A stretch of DNA of 32,000 bases from Cupriavidus necator (GCF_016127575.1 NZ_CP066019.1:300001-332000), one strand, 5' to 3'; shown: positions 19,179 to 28,651, numbered from the stretch's first letter. Translations and numbers: made by a program. Notes: generated from the letters alone by a model not told the origin.

Positions 19179-19858
19179 AGTGCTTCTCCCTGCCTCAGGA
19201 CGCCCGCCGTCACCAGCGATGCCAGCAGCCAGGGCGCGGTGGTATTGCCTTCCCTGATCTGGGCGATGCGCTTGGCTTCCGCCTCTTCCTTCTTTGCCGC
19301 CGCATCGAGCAAGGCTTCGATCTTCTCGCGCTCCACCACGACCAGGCCATCGGCATCGCCGCAGATGTAGTCGCCAGGGTTCACCGTGACGCCACCAACA
19401 GAAATGGGGTGTCCAATACGCCCGCCAACTTCCTTGGTGGGGCCGTTAGGGTTCGTGCCCACCGAAAAGACCGGGAACTGCATTTCGTCCAGCTCGAGGC
19501 TGTCGCGGACCGCGCCGTCGATGACGACACCAGCAAGGCCGCGCTGGCGAGCGGCATGCATCATGATCGTTCCCATCAGCGCAGAGGTCTGGTCCCCTTT
19601 GCCGTCGACGACCAGAACATCGCCCGGCTGCGCCAGCGCCAGTGCTGCGTGGATCATCAGATTGTCACCGGGGCGTACCTCGACAGTGAAGGCGGGCCCG
19701 GCGACTTTCATGGTCGGGCGCAAGGCCCTGATCCGGCCATGCAACGCGCCGCGGCGTCCGCCGACATCGGAGAGGATCGCCGGTTGGAACCTGGCAGCGC
19801 GCGCCACGATCTCGGCGGGCACGCGCTCAAACGATTTGATGATGTTGGGCAAGGTCAT
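19175..19858 (-). CDS. RraA-fold protein / 4-hydroxy-4-methyl-2-oxoglutarate (HMG/CHA) aldolase-like
   Basis: ORF 19175..19873 begins at TTG. I prefer the ATG at 19858, which has GGAG 7 nt upstream. The product contains AQPGDVLVVDGKGD, ALMGTIMMHAARQRGLAGVVIDGAVRD and FPVFSVG, which are typical RraA/aldolase blocks. Confidence 0.8.
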   Translation of the reverse strand: MTLPNIIKSFERVPAEIVARAARFQPAILSDVGGRRGALHGRIRALRPTMKVAGPAFTVEVRPGDNLMIHAALALAQPGDVLVVDGKGDQTSALMGTIMMHAARQRGLAGVVIDGAVRDSLELDEMQFPVFSVGTNPNGPTKEVGGRIGHPISVGGVTVNPGDYICGDADGLVVVEREKIEALLDAAAKKEEAEAKRIAQIREGNTTAPWLLASLVTAGVLRQGEAL

Positions 19859-19900
19859 GATGGACTCCAGCAATATGAAATGGATAGGTAGATAAGGGCG

Positions 19901-20881
19901 TCAATCCAGCTTCGTGCCGGAGGTCTTGATGACCGATGCCCAGCGTCCGATGTCCTGCTTGATCAGCGCGCTGAACGCCTCAGGCGTGCCGGCCAGCACC
20001 GATGCACCTTGTTCATTCAGCTTCTTGGCGAGCTCCGGGGATTTGAGCGCCTTGTTGAACTCGGTATTGAGGCGTACCACGATGTCCTTCGGTGTCGCGG
20101 CAGGCGCGACGAAGCCGAACCAGGTCGCGGTATCAAAGCCGGGATAGCCCAGTTCGGCGACTGTCGGCACCTGGGGCAGGTCTGGCAAACGCTTCGGCGA
20201 CGTCACCGCGAGCGGCCGCAGCCTGTTGTTCTTGATATGCCCGAGCAACGTTGGCACGGATGCCATGTAGAGATCGACCTGGCCGCCCATCAGGTCGTTG
20301 ACCGCCTGGGCTGCGCCCTTGTACGGCACATGGGTGAACTTCACCTTCGCGGTACCTTGAAGCAGCTCGCCGCCAAGGTGCGCCACCGTGCCGTTGCCCG
20401 GCGATGCGAAATTGATCGCTCCGGGCTTTGCCTTGGCAGCCTGAATCGCGTCCTTCATCGTCTTGTAGGGCGAGGTGACATGCGTCACCAGGACGAGCGG
20501 CGCGGAGGCGACCAGACTGATGGGCGCCAGATCCTTCAATGGGTCATACGGCAACCGTTCATACAGCGAGGGATTGATTGCAAGGTTGCTGGTCTGCCCC
20601 ATGACGATGGTGTAGCCATCGGCCGGCGCCTTGGCTGCCGCGTCCACCCCGAGGTTGCCACCGGACCCTGGCTTGTTCTCCACCACAAAGACCCAGCCGG
20701 TCGACTTGGCCACCGTATTGGTCACCTCGCGCGCAATGATGTCCGTGCCCCCGCCGGCGGGAAAAGGCACGATGACGCGGATGGGCTTGGTGGGGTATTG
20801 CGGCGCGGCCTGGGTAGTGGCGGACGCCAGAACCAGACCTGCGGCGAGCATGAATATGCAGCGACGGGAAATTGCCTTCAT
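19901..20881 (-). CDS. Bug family (TctC-like) substrate-binding protein
   Basis: The 326-aa ORF starts MKAISRRCIFMLAAGLVLASATTQAA, a signal peptide. It continues with PIRVIVPFPAGGGTD, FASPGNGT and HVPYKGAAQ. GGAGAC sits 4 nt before the ATG. It is the first gene of the IclR-divergent operon. Confidence 0.88.
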   Translation of the reverse strand: MKAISRRCIFMLAAGLVLASATTQAAPQYPTKPIRVIVPFPAGGGTDIIAREVTNTVAKSTGWVFVVENKPGSGGNLGVDAAAKAPADGYTIVMGQTSNLAINPSLYERLPYDPLKDLAPISLVASAPLVLVTHVTSPYKTMKDAIQAAKAKPGAINFASPGNGTVAHLGGELLQGTAKVKFTHVPYKGAAQAVNDLMGGQVDLYMASVPTLLGHIKNNRLRPLAVTSPKRLPDLPQVPTVAELGYPGFDTATWFGFVAPAATPKDIVVRLNTEFNKALKSPELAKKLNEQGASVLAGTPEAFSALIKQDIGRWASVIKTSGTKLD

Positions 20882-20933
20882 TACAGTCTCCGAATCTCGG
20901 TTTCGTTGTGCTTCGGATTGTGGTCGACCGTTT

Positions 20934-20962
20934 CACGGCATACAATGCTGTTTCATACCGTG
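20934..20962. promoter_or_regulatory. Imperfect inverted repeat, candidate IclR operator
   Basis: CACGGCAT, 13 nt, then ATACCGTG, with 7 of 8 arm positions complementary. It lies in the 97-bp Bug/IclR divergent region. GTTTCGTT also occurs twice, at 20900-20907 and 20969-20976. Confidence 0.3.
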
Positions 20963-20978
20963 CACCGCGTTTCGTTCT

Positions 20979-21749
20979 ATGAATGCGAATAGTGATCCAA
21001 GGGGCGCCTCAAAAGGCGACGATGGCGCTGGGGGCGTCATAGCGGTCACCCGCGCCCTGCGCGTACTCGAGGCGTTCGGGGTGAACGACCCCCAGCTCTC
21101 ACTTGCCGAACTGAGCCGGCGGACCGGCATCCACAAGACCACCGTGCTGCGGCTGGCGCGCACGCTGGCGGCGGACAACTATCTGGTGCAGAAGGAAGAC
21201 GGCAACTGGCGGCTCGGCCGCGCAGCCGGGTGGCTGGGCGCGTGCTACCAGGCCACCTTCAACGTTCAGGAAGTGGTGGAGCCGGTGCTGCGGGAGCTGA
21301 CGATCAAGACCGGCGAAAGCGCTTCGTTCTACGTCCGGGAGGGACAACAGCGAACCTGCCTCGTCCGGGTCGAAGGACCGCAGGCCATCCGGCATCACGT
21401 CAGGATCGGGGCGGCCCTGCCGCTGGACAGCGGTTCGCCAGGCCGCGTCATCCTGGCGTTCTCAGGTGAGCCGGGCGAGCTTTATGAAATGATCCGCCGC
21501 CGTGGATTTCATCTGTCGCTCGGCGAGCGCGAGGCCGAAGTCTCGAGCGTGTCGGCACCGGTTTTCGGATTGCACTGGCGGCTGCTAGGCTCCATGTGCA
21601 TTTCGGGACCGACCGCCCGGCTAAGCGAAGAGCGTTTGCTGGAGCTGGCACAGACAGTCGTCGACGCGGCGAACAAGCTTTCGTATGCCATGGCAGGAAG
21701 CCAACGGCCTGCGATGCAAATTGAAAGGCCGTCGACCTGGCACCCTTGA
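20979..21749 (+). CDS. IclR family transcriptional regulator
   Basis: The internal ATG 20979 of ORF 20631..21749 gives MNANSDPRG...VIAVTRALRVLEAFGVNDPQLSLAELSRRTGIHKTTVLRLARTLAADNYL, a wHTH. This is followed by the IclR effector-domain blocks GESASFYVREG and ISGPTARL. Confidence 0.88.
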   Translation: MNANSDPRGASKGDDGAGGVIAVTRALRVLEAFGVNDPQLSLAELSRRTGIHKTTVLRLARTLAADNYLVQKEDGNWRLGRAAGWLGACYQATFNVQEVVEPVLRELTIKTGESASFYVREGQQRTCLVRVEGPQAIRHHVRIGAALPLDSGSPGRVILAFSGEPGELYEMIRRRGFHLSLGEREAEVSSVSAPVFGLHWRLLGSMCISGPTARLSEERLLELAQTVVDAANKLSYAMAGSQRPAMQIERPSTWHP

Positions 21750-22197
21750 GATTGCAGATGTGGGGCAAGGAGAGCCGATAGAAATCTTAGATGACCTCTG
21801 TCAGTCGCGAGCCGGGCGTCGGTTTTCGACTGCGGATTCAACCGGTCGATTCAGCGTCTCGGCAATGCAGGTGCCGAACGACGCTATATGGCTGCGGCCG
21901 TTGCGATGCTCCATCGTTGGCATTTCAACTGGCTCAAGGGTGCGGAAATCCTGGATCGGGGAGGAAGGCGGGATAGGGTCCGATAACGCTGCCTTATCGT
22001 GTCGTCAGCGAAATACTAGCGCGATGGCACGCCGGGGCATCGTTGATCCAGAATTGCAGCGGCTGCGAAAAGATGTAGTTGCCGAGCCAAATTGCGAATC
22101 GGTATGTGCCAGACAGCGTGAAAGCTGCAGTTGACTGGCAGAACGCACCCACCACTTTCGAACGTTTTATGCAAATCGTCGTTTGCTGAAAGCAGAG

Positions 22198-22764
22198 CTA
22201 GACGTCGTCAGCGGGAACCGCATGACCTTGATCCCGCAAGGCCTTCGTCCAGCGCTTAATGCGTGCACGCAGTCGTCCCTGTGCAGCCCTGTCTATCGGC
22301 ATGTCGTCGACGCGGCTGATCGCTGTACGCGGCAAGACATAGCCAAGCTGTATCAGGGCCATACAGAAGACTCGGTCCTTGTCGCGATCCGCTGCCGCCT
22401 TCGCCATAAAGAGGTCAACAAGGTCAAGGCAATAGCCGACCCGCCCATTCGTGCCCACCGTCTGAATGCGCTGCAAGCGGTTTTCCCAGCCGGTCGGAAG
22501 ACATGCTGTCTCTGGCCCGACGCCCTGCGCGTAGTAACCATACGTCTCGTGAAAGCGCGAGCCTTCGCCAATCGCCGCGTCGATCGCATCCGCCTTGTGG
22601 GTAGCATTGAGCGGGTAGATGTCAGCCTCCGCGGACATCGTGAAAACCGCCGGGGGATTAGGGATCGGCCCCAGGATGGATTGGCTGCCAACGACAACGA
22701 ACTCATATTCGTTCGTGATGTCGGCAGCAGCCCGAATGATGTGTTCCAGATCTTCCCGCTTCAT
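22198..22764 (-). CDS. Minimal nucleotidyltransferase-fold protein (Pol-beta/MNT-like), putative toxin/effector
   Basis: The internal ATG 22764 of ORF 22198..22938 gives a 188-aa product starting MKREDLEHIIRAAADITNEYEFVVVGSQSILGPIPNPPAVFTMSAEADIYPL. This shows G26-S27, then 17 residues, then E45-x-D47, the minimal NTase signature. The start overlaps the upstream stop as ATGA. Many A/T-ending codons contrast with neighbouring genes. It resembles a family I recall as DUF6036, which I have not verified. Confidence 0.6.
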   Translation of the reverse strand: MKREDLEHIIRAAADITNEYEFVVVGSQSILGPIPNPPAVFTMSAEADIYPLNATHKADAIDAAIGEGSRFHETYGYYAQGVGPETACLPTGWENRLQRIQTVGTNGRVGYCLDLVDLFMAKAAADRDKDRVFCMALIQLGYVLPRTAISRVDDMPIDRAAQGRLRARIKRWTKALRDQGHAVPADDV

Positions 22765-23426
22765 TCCTGGTCCCCGAGGACAACGCCTTTTTTCAACGCC
22801 TGAACCTGTGCTAGCACTTCCTGCCGAATGGCATCTGGTAAAAGCGTGGGCAGGGGAGACGCTTGGCGCAGCTCTTGAGCACGCCGAGTTCGGCCAAGCG
22901 CTTTGCGCCACGACTGGTTCGCAAGAATCGTTTCCCACTCGGACCAGAGTGAATCAGACCGTGAGTCTCCCTGCGCGCGCCATCGCCTGAGGACTTCTCG
23001 GGCCCGGTCCAGTAGCGCTGGGTTATCCTGAATCAGGCGGATTGCTTCCTTGTGCAGCGCCATGCTCTGCAAGTCCTGAGCCTCATGGCGGCTTGGATCA
23101 GTCCTTACCCGAACCTGAACCTGCGGAATGGCGCGCTTGGATGAGGCGGCCGCAGAGTTCGCCGGCGCCGGTTGAAAAGTATCGCTGACTAACAGGGCAA
23201 GGTCACCGGCAACCCCCAGCACGGACATAACACGCAGATATGTGCCCATGGTTGGCGCGGGGTCGCCTGCCTCAACGGCAGCGAGGGTCGTCCGCGAGAT
23301 GCCGACGCGCTTGGCCATCTCAACCGTGCCAAAGCCCTGAGCCTTCCGCAGGCGTTTGATGCGGTCGCCGAGTTGCAGGAGCAAATGGCGCTCGAGAACC
23401 GAGGTGGTATCGGTAAAGGCTGGCAT
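22761..23426 (-). CDS. XRE/Cro-type HTH regulator with a C-terminal domain of unknown function, putative antitoxin
   Basis: The 221-aa ORF has the HTH LGDRIKRLRKAQGFGTVEMAKRVGISRTTLAAVEAGDPAPTMGTYLRVMSVLGV. A Pro/Ala/Ser linker follows. The helical C-terminal domain reads ...AIRLIQDNPALLDRAREVLRRWRAQGDSRSDSLWSEWETILANQSWRKALGRTRRAQELRQASPL. Confidence 0.75.
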   Translation of the reverse strand: MPAFTDTTSVLERHLLLQLGDRIKRLRKAQGFGTVEMAKRVGISRTTLAAVEAGDPAPTMGTYLRVMSVLGVAGDLALLVSDTFQPAPANSAAASSKRAIPQVQVRVRTDPSRHEAQDLQSMALHKEAIRLIQDNPALLDRAREVLRRWRAQGDSRSDSLWSEWETILANQSWRKALGRTRRAQELRQASPLPTLLPDAIRQEVLAQVQALKKGVVLGDQE

Positions 23427-23435
23427 ATGTCCAGT

Positions 23436-23464
23436 ATTTTAGACAAAATTCACAGGTTTGACTA
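23436..23464 (-). promoter_or_regulatory. Candidate promoter giving a leaderless or near-leaderless HTH mRNA
   Basis: On the minus strand, TAGTCA (23464-23459), a 17-nt spacer, then TAAAAT (23441-23436), with only 9 nt (ACTGGACAT) before the ATG and no Shine-Dalgarno. ATTTT-AGAC-AAAAT arms overlap the -10 element. Confidence 0.3.
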
Positions 23465-24056
23465 GTTTACTGAACAGATTTTACGTTGGGCAGCGTGTTG
23501 CGTCGGATCCACCTGGACGTATCTCAGTCGACCGCAGAGTTCCTGCGCCACACCCCTGTTATAGGTGGGCTTGCAGCCGACGCGCGTCTCTCTGGCGCCG
23601 CCAGTAGGCAGTGCCTATGGGGCCACGAATAAACTTGTGCAAACCAACCGTCCGTTTGCATGCAGGCGATATTGGACACGGCAACTCTTGCGCCCGCCGG
23701 ATAGTTGGCGGCAACACGATCGACACCTCACAGTGGCCGACCCCGGACGATGGGGCGCTTGAGGGCAATAGGCGTGCCCTATCCTTTGCGAGGAAGCTCG
23801 CAGTGGAGCTATACCTTAGCGGCGCTACCTGGTGGCCATCAAAGCGGCGTTCGCCACACTGAGGCAATAGCGTTAGCAAGCATCAACGCCCAACAAGAAA
23901 GCCGGGCGGCGGACTAAGTTGGCTGGCTGACATGTGTTCGGTATTTCGACGCGGCGAATGATCCGATAGTGCGGACCAGGATGCACCATGGCCTAGTTGT
24001 TGGCCCCGGTTTCCCGGCGCATAGCAAGGTCGGGTGCCGTACCGGACCAGCCGGCT

Positions 24057-25052
<996 letters not shown>

Positions 25053-25080
25053 GTGTTGTCTTGATGGAGGGTTGGAGTAT

Positions 25081-26142
25081 TCATCGTTGGGGGATGGCGA
25101 TGGTGTAATCGAGGTCGAGCACCACATTGGACGGGTGCGCGGCCCGCCCTTCGCCCGGCTCAGGAAAGACGATGGACGAGGCGCAGGCGTTCTTCACGCC
25201 GATCATGCGCAGCCGCAGTGCCCCGATGTGCTCGTGACCGAGGTCGATCTTGTCCAGCACCCGGGTGGCGCAGGCGATGGTGTCGCCCGCGTAGGCCGGG
25301 TTCACGTGGCTGCCGGCGTTGATGGCGAGGATGGACAGGCCGTTCTCCAGTCCGTCATAGGCCAGCGCGCGGCATACCGAGATGACGTGGCCGCCATAGA
25401 CCAGCCGCTTCCCGCCACCGGCGGCCATGGCATGGCCATCGAAATGGGCGCGCGCGGTGTTCTGGTACAGGCGCGTGGCGATGCTATGGTCGCTGTCATT
25501 GATGGTCATCGCGCCGGGGTGGTCTATGCGTTCGCCCACGGCGTAGTCCTCCCACAGGTCGTCGATGCAGGTCATGGCGGTGATCTCGCGCACGCGTGCC
25601 GTGTAGCCGCTCCCGCGCAGGTGTTCGACTGTCACCACGGGCTGGGTGGCCGGCACGACCGGCGCGCCGCATGGCGCCTCGGGATCGCGCTTGTGCACCA
25701 TTACCCAGCGCACCCAGCCGAGCACCTCGCGGCCATACTGGTTGCGAGCCGTGGAGCGCACGTAAACCACCCCGCTCCTGCGGTTGGAATTCTCCTTCAG
25801 GCCGATGACCTCCGATTCGACGGAAAGCGTATCCCCTGAATACACGTGCGAAAGGAAGCGTACTTCCGCGTAGCCGAGGTTCGCCACAGCATTGAGCGAG
25901 ATATCCGGCACCGTCTTGCCAAAAGCGGTGTTGAAAGCTAGCAGGTCTTCCAGCGGCTGGCTTTCAAAGCCCAGTTGGTGTGCATTGGTCTGCGCCGTGC
26001 ACAGCGCCGCGCGGCTGCCTGTCAGGCCGATATACAGGCTGCGGTCGCCCTCAGTCAGCGTACGCGGCGTGGCATGACGGATCCGCATCCCTATATGGAA
26101 GTCCTCGAAAAAATTTCCGCGGCGATTTTTATTCATTTCCAT
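25081..26142 (-). CDS. MaoC-like double hot-dog enoyl-CoA hydratase, mesaconyl-CoA hydratase (Mch)-like
   Basis: The 353-aa ORF contains FFEDFHIGMRIRHATPRTLTEGDRSLY, FGKTVPDISLNAVANLGY, VRWVMVHKRDP, RLYQNTARAHF, LVYGGHVIS and VVLDLDYTI. As I recall them, these blocks are characteristic of Mch / beta-methylmalyl-CoA dehydratase. The second ATG at 26136 has better spacing to AAGGA. Confidence 0.7.
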   Translation of the reverse strand: MEMNKNRRGNFFEDFHIGMRIRHATPRTLTEGDRSLYIGLTGSRAALCTAQTNAHQLGFESQPLEDLLAFNTAFGKTVPDISLNAVANLGYAEVRFLSHVYSGDTLSVESEVIGLKENSNRRSGVVYVRSTARNQYGREVLGWVRWVMVHKRDPEAPCGAPVVPATQPVVTVEHLRGSGYTARVREITAMTCIDDLWEDYAVGERIDHPGAMTINDSDHSIATRLYQNTARAHFDGHAMAAGGGKRLVYGGHVISVCRALAYDGLENGLSILAINAGSHVNPAYAGDTIACATRVLDKIDLGHEHIGALRLRMIGVKNACASSIVFPEPGEGRAAHPSNVVLDLDYTIAIPQR

Positions 26143-26198
26143 TCCTTGTGGCTCAGTAGCCTCCAGCTTCGAACGTGCCCTCGCGGAGACGCCAGTGG

Positions 26199-27425
26199 TT
26201 AGCGGATAGCACCGACCGCGCGCAGATCGTCGATGTCGTCGCCGCTGTAGCCGGCGGCGCGCAAGACTTCATCGGTGTGCTCGCCCAGCATCGGGGCACG
26301 GCGCCGGACCGCCCCCGGGGTGTCGCTCAGCTTGATCGGCACGCCGGCGATCTTCACGCGCTGCGCCGAACCGGGCTGCTCGACATCCACCAGCATCTGC
26401 CGCACCGCATAATGCGGATCGGCAAAGATCTCGGCGGACGTGCAGACCGGCCCGAACGGCACCTTGCCGCCCAGGACGGCCGCGATTTGTTCCTTGGTGC
26501 GGCCGGACGTGAAGTCTTCGAGCAAATCGATGACTTGCTGCATGTTGGCGACGCGCGCCGCATTGGTCGAGAAAGCCGGATCGGTGCCCAGTTCCGGATG
26601 GCCGATGGCGGCGGCCAGCTTCTCCCACAGCGGATCGTTGGCGACGGCGATGGACACGTAGCCGTCGCGCGCCCGGAACAGGCCGAACGGGCACAGCAGG
26701 GGATGGCGGTTGCCTTCCGGCCCGGGTACCACGCCGGTGTAGGAGGTCTGGTAGACGATGCGCTCGCACATGGCCAGCACGGCGTCCGTCATCGCCACGT
26801 CCACGAACTGGCCCTTGCCGGTTTCCTTCACCCGGTGTACAGCCGACAGGATGCCGATGCAGAGCATCAGCGCCGGGATGGTGTCGCCTACGCCGGGGCC
26901 AATCTTCATCGGTGTTTGGTGGTCGGGGCCGGTGATGCCCGTCATGCCGCCCATCGCCTGTGCGACTACGTCATAGGCTGGCCAGTCCGCGTAGGGGCTG
27001 GCGCCCGAGCGCGGATCGCCGAAGCCCCGCACGGTGCCATAGACGAGGCGCGGGTTGCGCTCCCGCAGCCTTTCCCAGCCCAGCCCGAGGCGTTCCATCA
27101 CGCCGGCGCGGAAGTTCTCGACCACGATATCGGCGCCGTCGATCAGCTTGCGGGCAAGCGCCAGCCCCTCGACGGTCTTCAGATCGACGGCAATCGACCG
27201 CTTGTTGCGGTTGACGCTTTGGAAATAGCCGCCATACTCGCGGAGCGTGTCGTCCTCGCAGAAGGGGGCGGTCAGGCGCGTGCCGTCGCCCGTCATGGCC
27301 TCGACCTTGATGACGTCGGCACCGTGGTCGGCCAGGATCTGGGTGCAAAACGGGCCGGCCAGCATCTGGGTGAGGTCGATCACACGCAGGCCGGCGAGGG
27401 CGCCGGGGGATGACTGCTGCATCAT
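26199..27425 (-). CDS. Family III (CaiB/BaiF) CoA-transferase
   Basis: Only the C-terminal 408 aa of the 832-aa ORF 26199..28697 look real. The product starts MMQQSSPGALAGLRVIDLTQMLAGPFCTQILADHGADVIKVE. It contains VENFRAGVMERLGLG and YDVVAQAMGG. The ATG at 27425 overlaps the ACAD stop as ATGA. Confidence 0.85.
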   Translation of the reverse strand: MMQQSSPGALAGLRVIDLTQMLAGPFCTQILADHGADVIKVEAMTGDGTRLTAPFCEDDTLREYGGYFQSVNRNKRSIAVDLKTVEGLALARKLIDGADIVVENFRAGVMERLGLGWERLRERNPRLVYGTVRGFGDPRSGASPYADWPAYDVVAQAMGGMTGITGPDHQTPMKIGPGVGDTIPALMLCIGILSAVHRVKETGKGQFVDVAMTDAVLAMCERIVYQTSYTGVVPGPEGNRHPLLCPFGLFRARDGYVSIAVANDPLWEKLAAAIGHPELGTDPAFSTNAARVANMQQVIDLLEDFTSGRTKEQIAAVLGGKVPFGPVCTSAEIFADPHYAVRQMLVDVEQPGSAQRVKIAGVPIKLSDTPGAVRRRAPMLGEHTDEVLRAAGYSGDDIDDLRAVGAIR

Positions 27426-28591
27426 GCCACCACCACCTTGCCCATCAGCGCGTCGGAGATGATGCGCATCTGGATTTCCGAGGTGCCCTCGAAGATCTTC
27501 GTCAGCCGTGCATCGCGCCAGTAGCGCTCGGCGGCGAAATGCGTAGTGTATCCGGCGCCCCCGTGGATCTGCAGGCCTTCGCTGGTAACGCGCTCGCACA
27601 TCTCGCTGGCGAACAGTTTGACCATTGACGCCTCGGTGTCGGCACGGCCTCCATCGTCGATCTTCTCGCACACCGAATAGAGCAGGGCGCGCGCGGCCTC
27701 GATCTGCGTAGCCATGTCGGCGATCTTGAAGCGGATGGCCTGGAAGTTGCCGATTGGCGAACCGAACTGGGCGCGGTCCCTGGCGTACTGGATCGAATCT
27801 TCGAGCGCGCCTTGCGCGAGGCCGATGGAGCGCGCGGCCGTGTGGGCGCGCGCCGCTTCCAGCCCTGCCGTGGCGAGGTAGAACGCCTTGCCTTCGTCGC
27901 CAACCATCTTCGAATGCGGCACGCGGCAGCCGTCGAACGCCAGTTCCCAGGTGGTCCAGCCGTGGTAGCCGATCTTCGGAATCACGCTGCCCTTGACGCC
28001 CTCGGGCAATGCGCCGCGCGGCTTCTCGACCATGAAGGCGGACAAGCCCTTGTGGCGCGCTTTCGGGTCGATCACAGCATCCGTGCGGCAGATCACGAGG
28101 ATGAAGTCCGCCTCGTCGGCGAAGGTGCACCAGTACTTGTTGCCGGTGATGACCCACTCGTCGCCGTTGCGCACGGCGCGGCAGGAGATGTTGGCGACGT
28201 CGGACCCGGCGTTGGGCTCGGACAGCGAAAATGCGCCGAGGAACTGGCCGGCCGCCATGCGCGGCAGGTATTCGGCCTTCTTCTCGGGCGTGAGCGCCTT
28301 GAGCGCGCCGATCAGGCCGTTGCCGCGCGCGATCAGGCTGCCCACGCTCATCCAGCCGCGCGACAGCTGCTCGGCGACGAGGCAGTACTCGTAGGCACCA
28401 AGGCCGAGGCCGCCGTATTCTTCGGGGATCAGGATGCCGAAATAGCCCAGCTCGGCCATCTCGTCGATCAGTTCGCGCGGAATCTGGCCCTTCTCCGGGT
28501 CCAGTTTGTTGGCCAGTGGCAGCACCCGTTCCATCGTGAACTGACGGGCGGCTTCCTGGATCATGCGCCGTTCGGCGGTGAGCTTCTGCAT
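27422..28591 (-). CDS. Acyl-CoA dehydrogenase
   Basis: The 389-aa ORF contains FSLSEPNAGSDVANI, ITGNKYWCT, QFGSPIGNFQAIRFKIADM, IHGGAGYT and the C-terminal catalytic-base context IFEGTSEIQ. Confidence 0.88.
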   Translation of the reverse strand: MQKLTAERRMIQEAARQFTMERVLPLANKLDPEKGQIPRELIDEMAELGYFGILIPEEYGGLGLGAYEYCLVAEQLSRGWMSVGSLIARGNGLIGALKALTPEKKAEYLPRMAAGQFLGAFSLSEPNAGSDVANISCRAVRNGDEWVITGNKYWCTFADEADFILVICRTDAVIDPKARHKGLSAFMVEKPRGALPEGVKGSVIPKIGYHGWTTWELAFDGCRVPHSKMVGDEGKAFYLATAGLEAARAHTAARSIGLAQGALEDSIQYARDRAQFGSPIGNFQAIRFKIADMATQIEAARALLYSVCEKIDDGGRADTEASMVKLFASEMCERVTSEGLQIHGGAGYTTHFAAERYWRDARLTKIFEGTSEIQMRIISDALMGKVVVA

Positions 28592-28619
28592 CGGAATGTC
28601 TCTCAGCGAATTCTTCTCG

Positions 28620-28643
28620 CCGGCCCGGCGGCGGCCGGGCCGG
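28620..28643 (-). promoter_or_regulatory. Perfect 10-bp all-GC hairpin in the only sizeable intercistronic gap of the CoA operon
   Basis: CCGGCCCGGC (28620-28629) pairs with GCCGGGCCGG (28634-28643) around the 4-nt loop GGCG. It lies between the Ccl-like stop (28652) and the ACAD start (28591). No U-tract is present. It may act as an mRNA processing, stability or attenuation element. Confidence 0.35.
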
Positions 28644-28651
28644 TGCCCACG

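Noticed and set aside
21791-21976. A Cys-rich 61-aa ORF (CRCRTTLYGCGRC) resembling a zinc ribbon
   Set aside because: The nearest SD-like sequence is 17 nt upstream of the ATG. The Cys residues arise from TGC triplets that are common by chance here. The spacing does not fit a paired CxxC knuckle arrangement.
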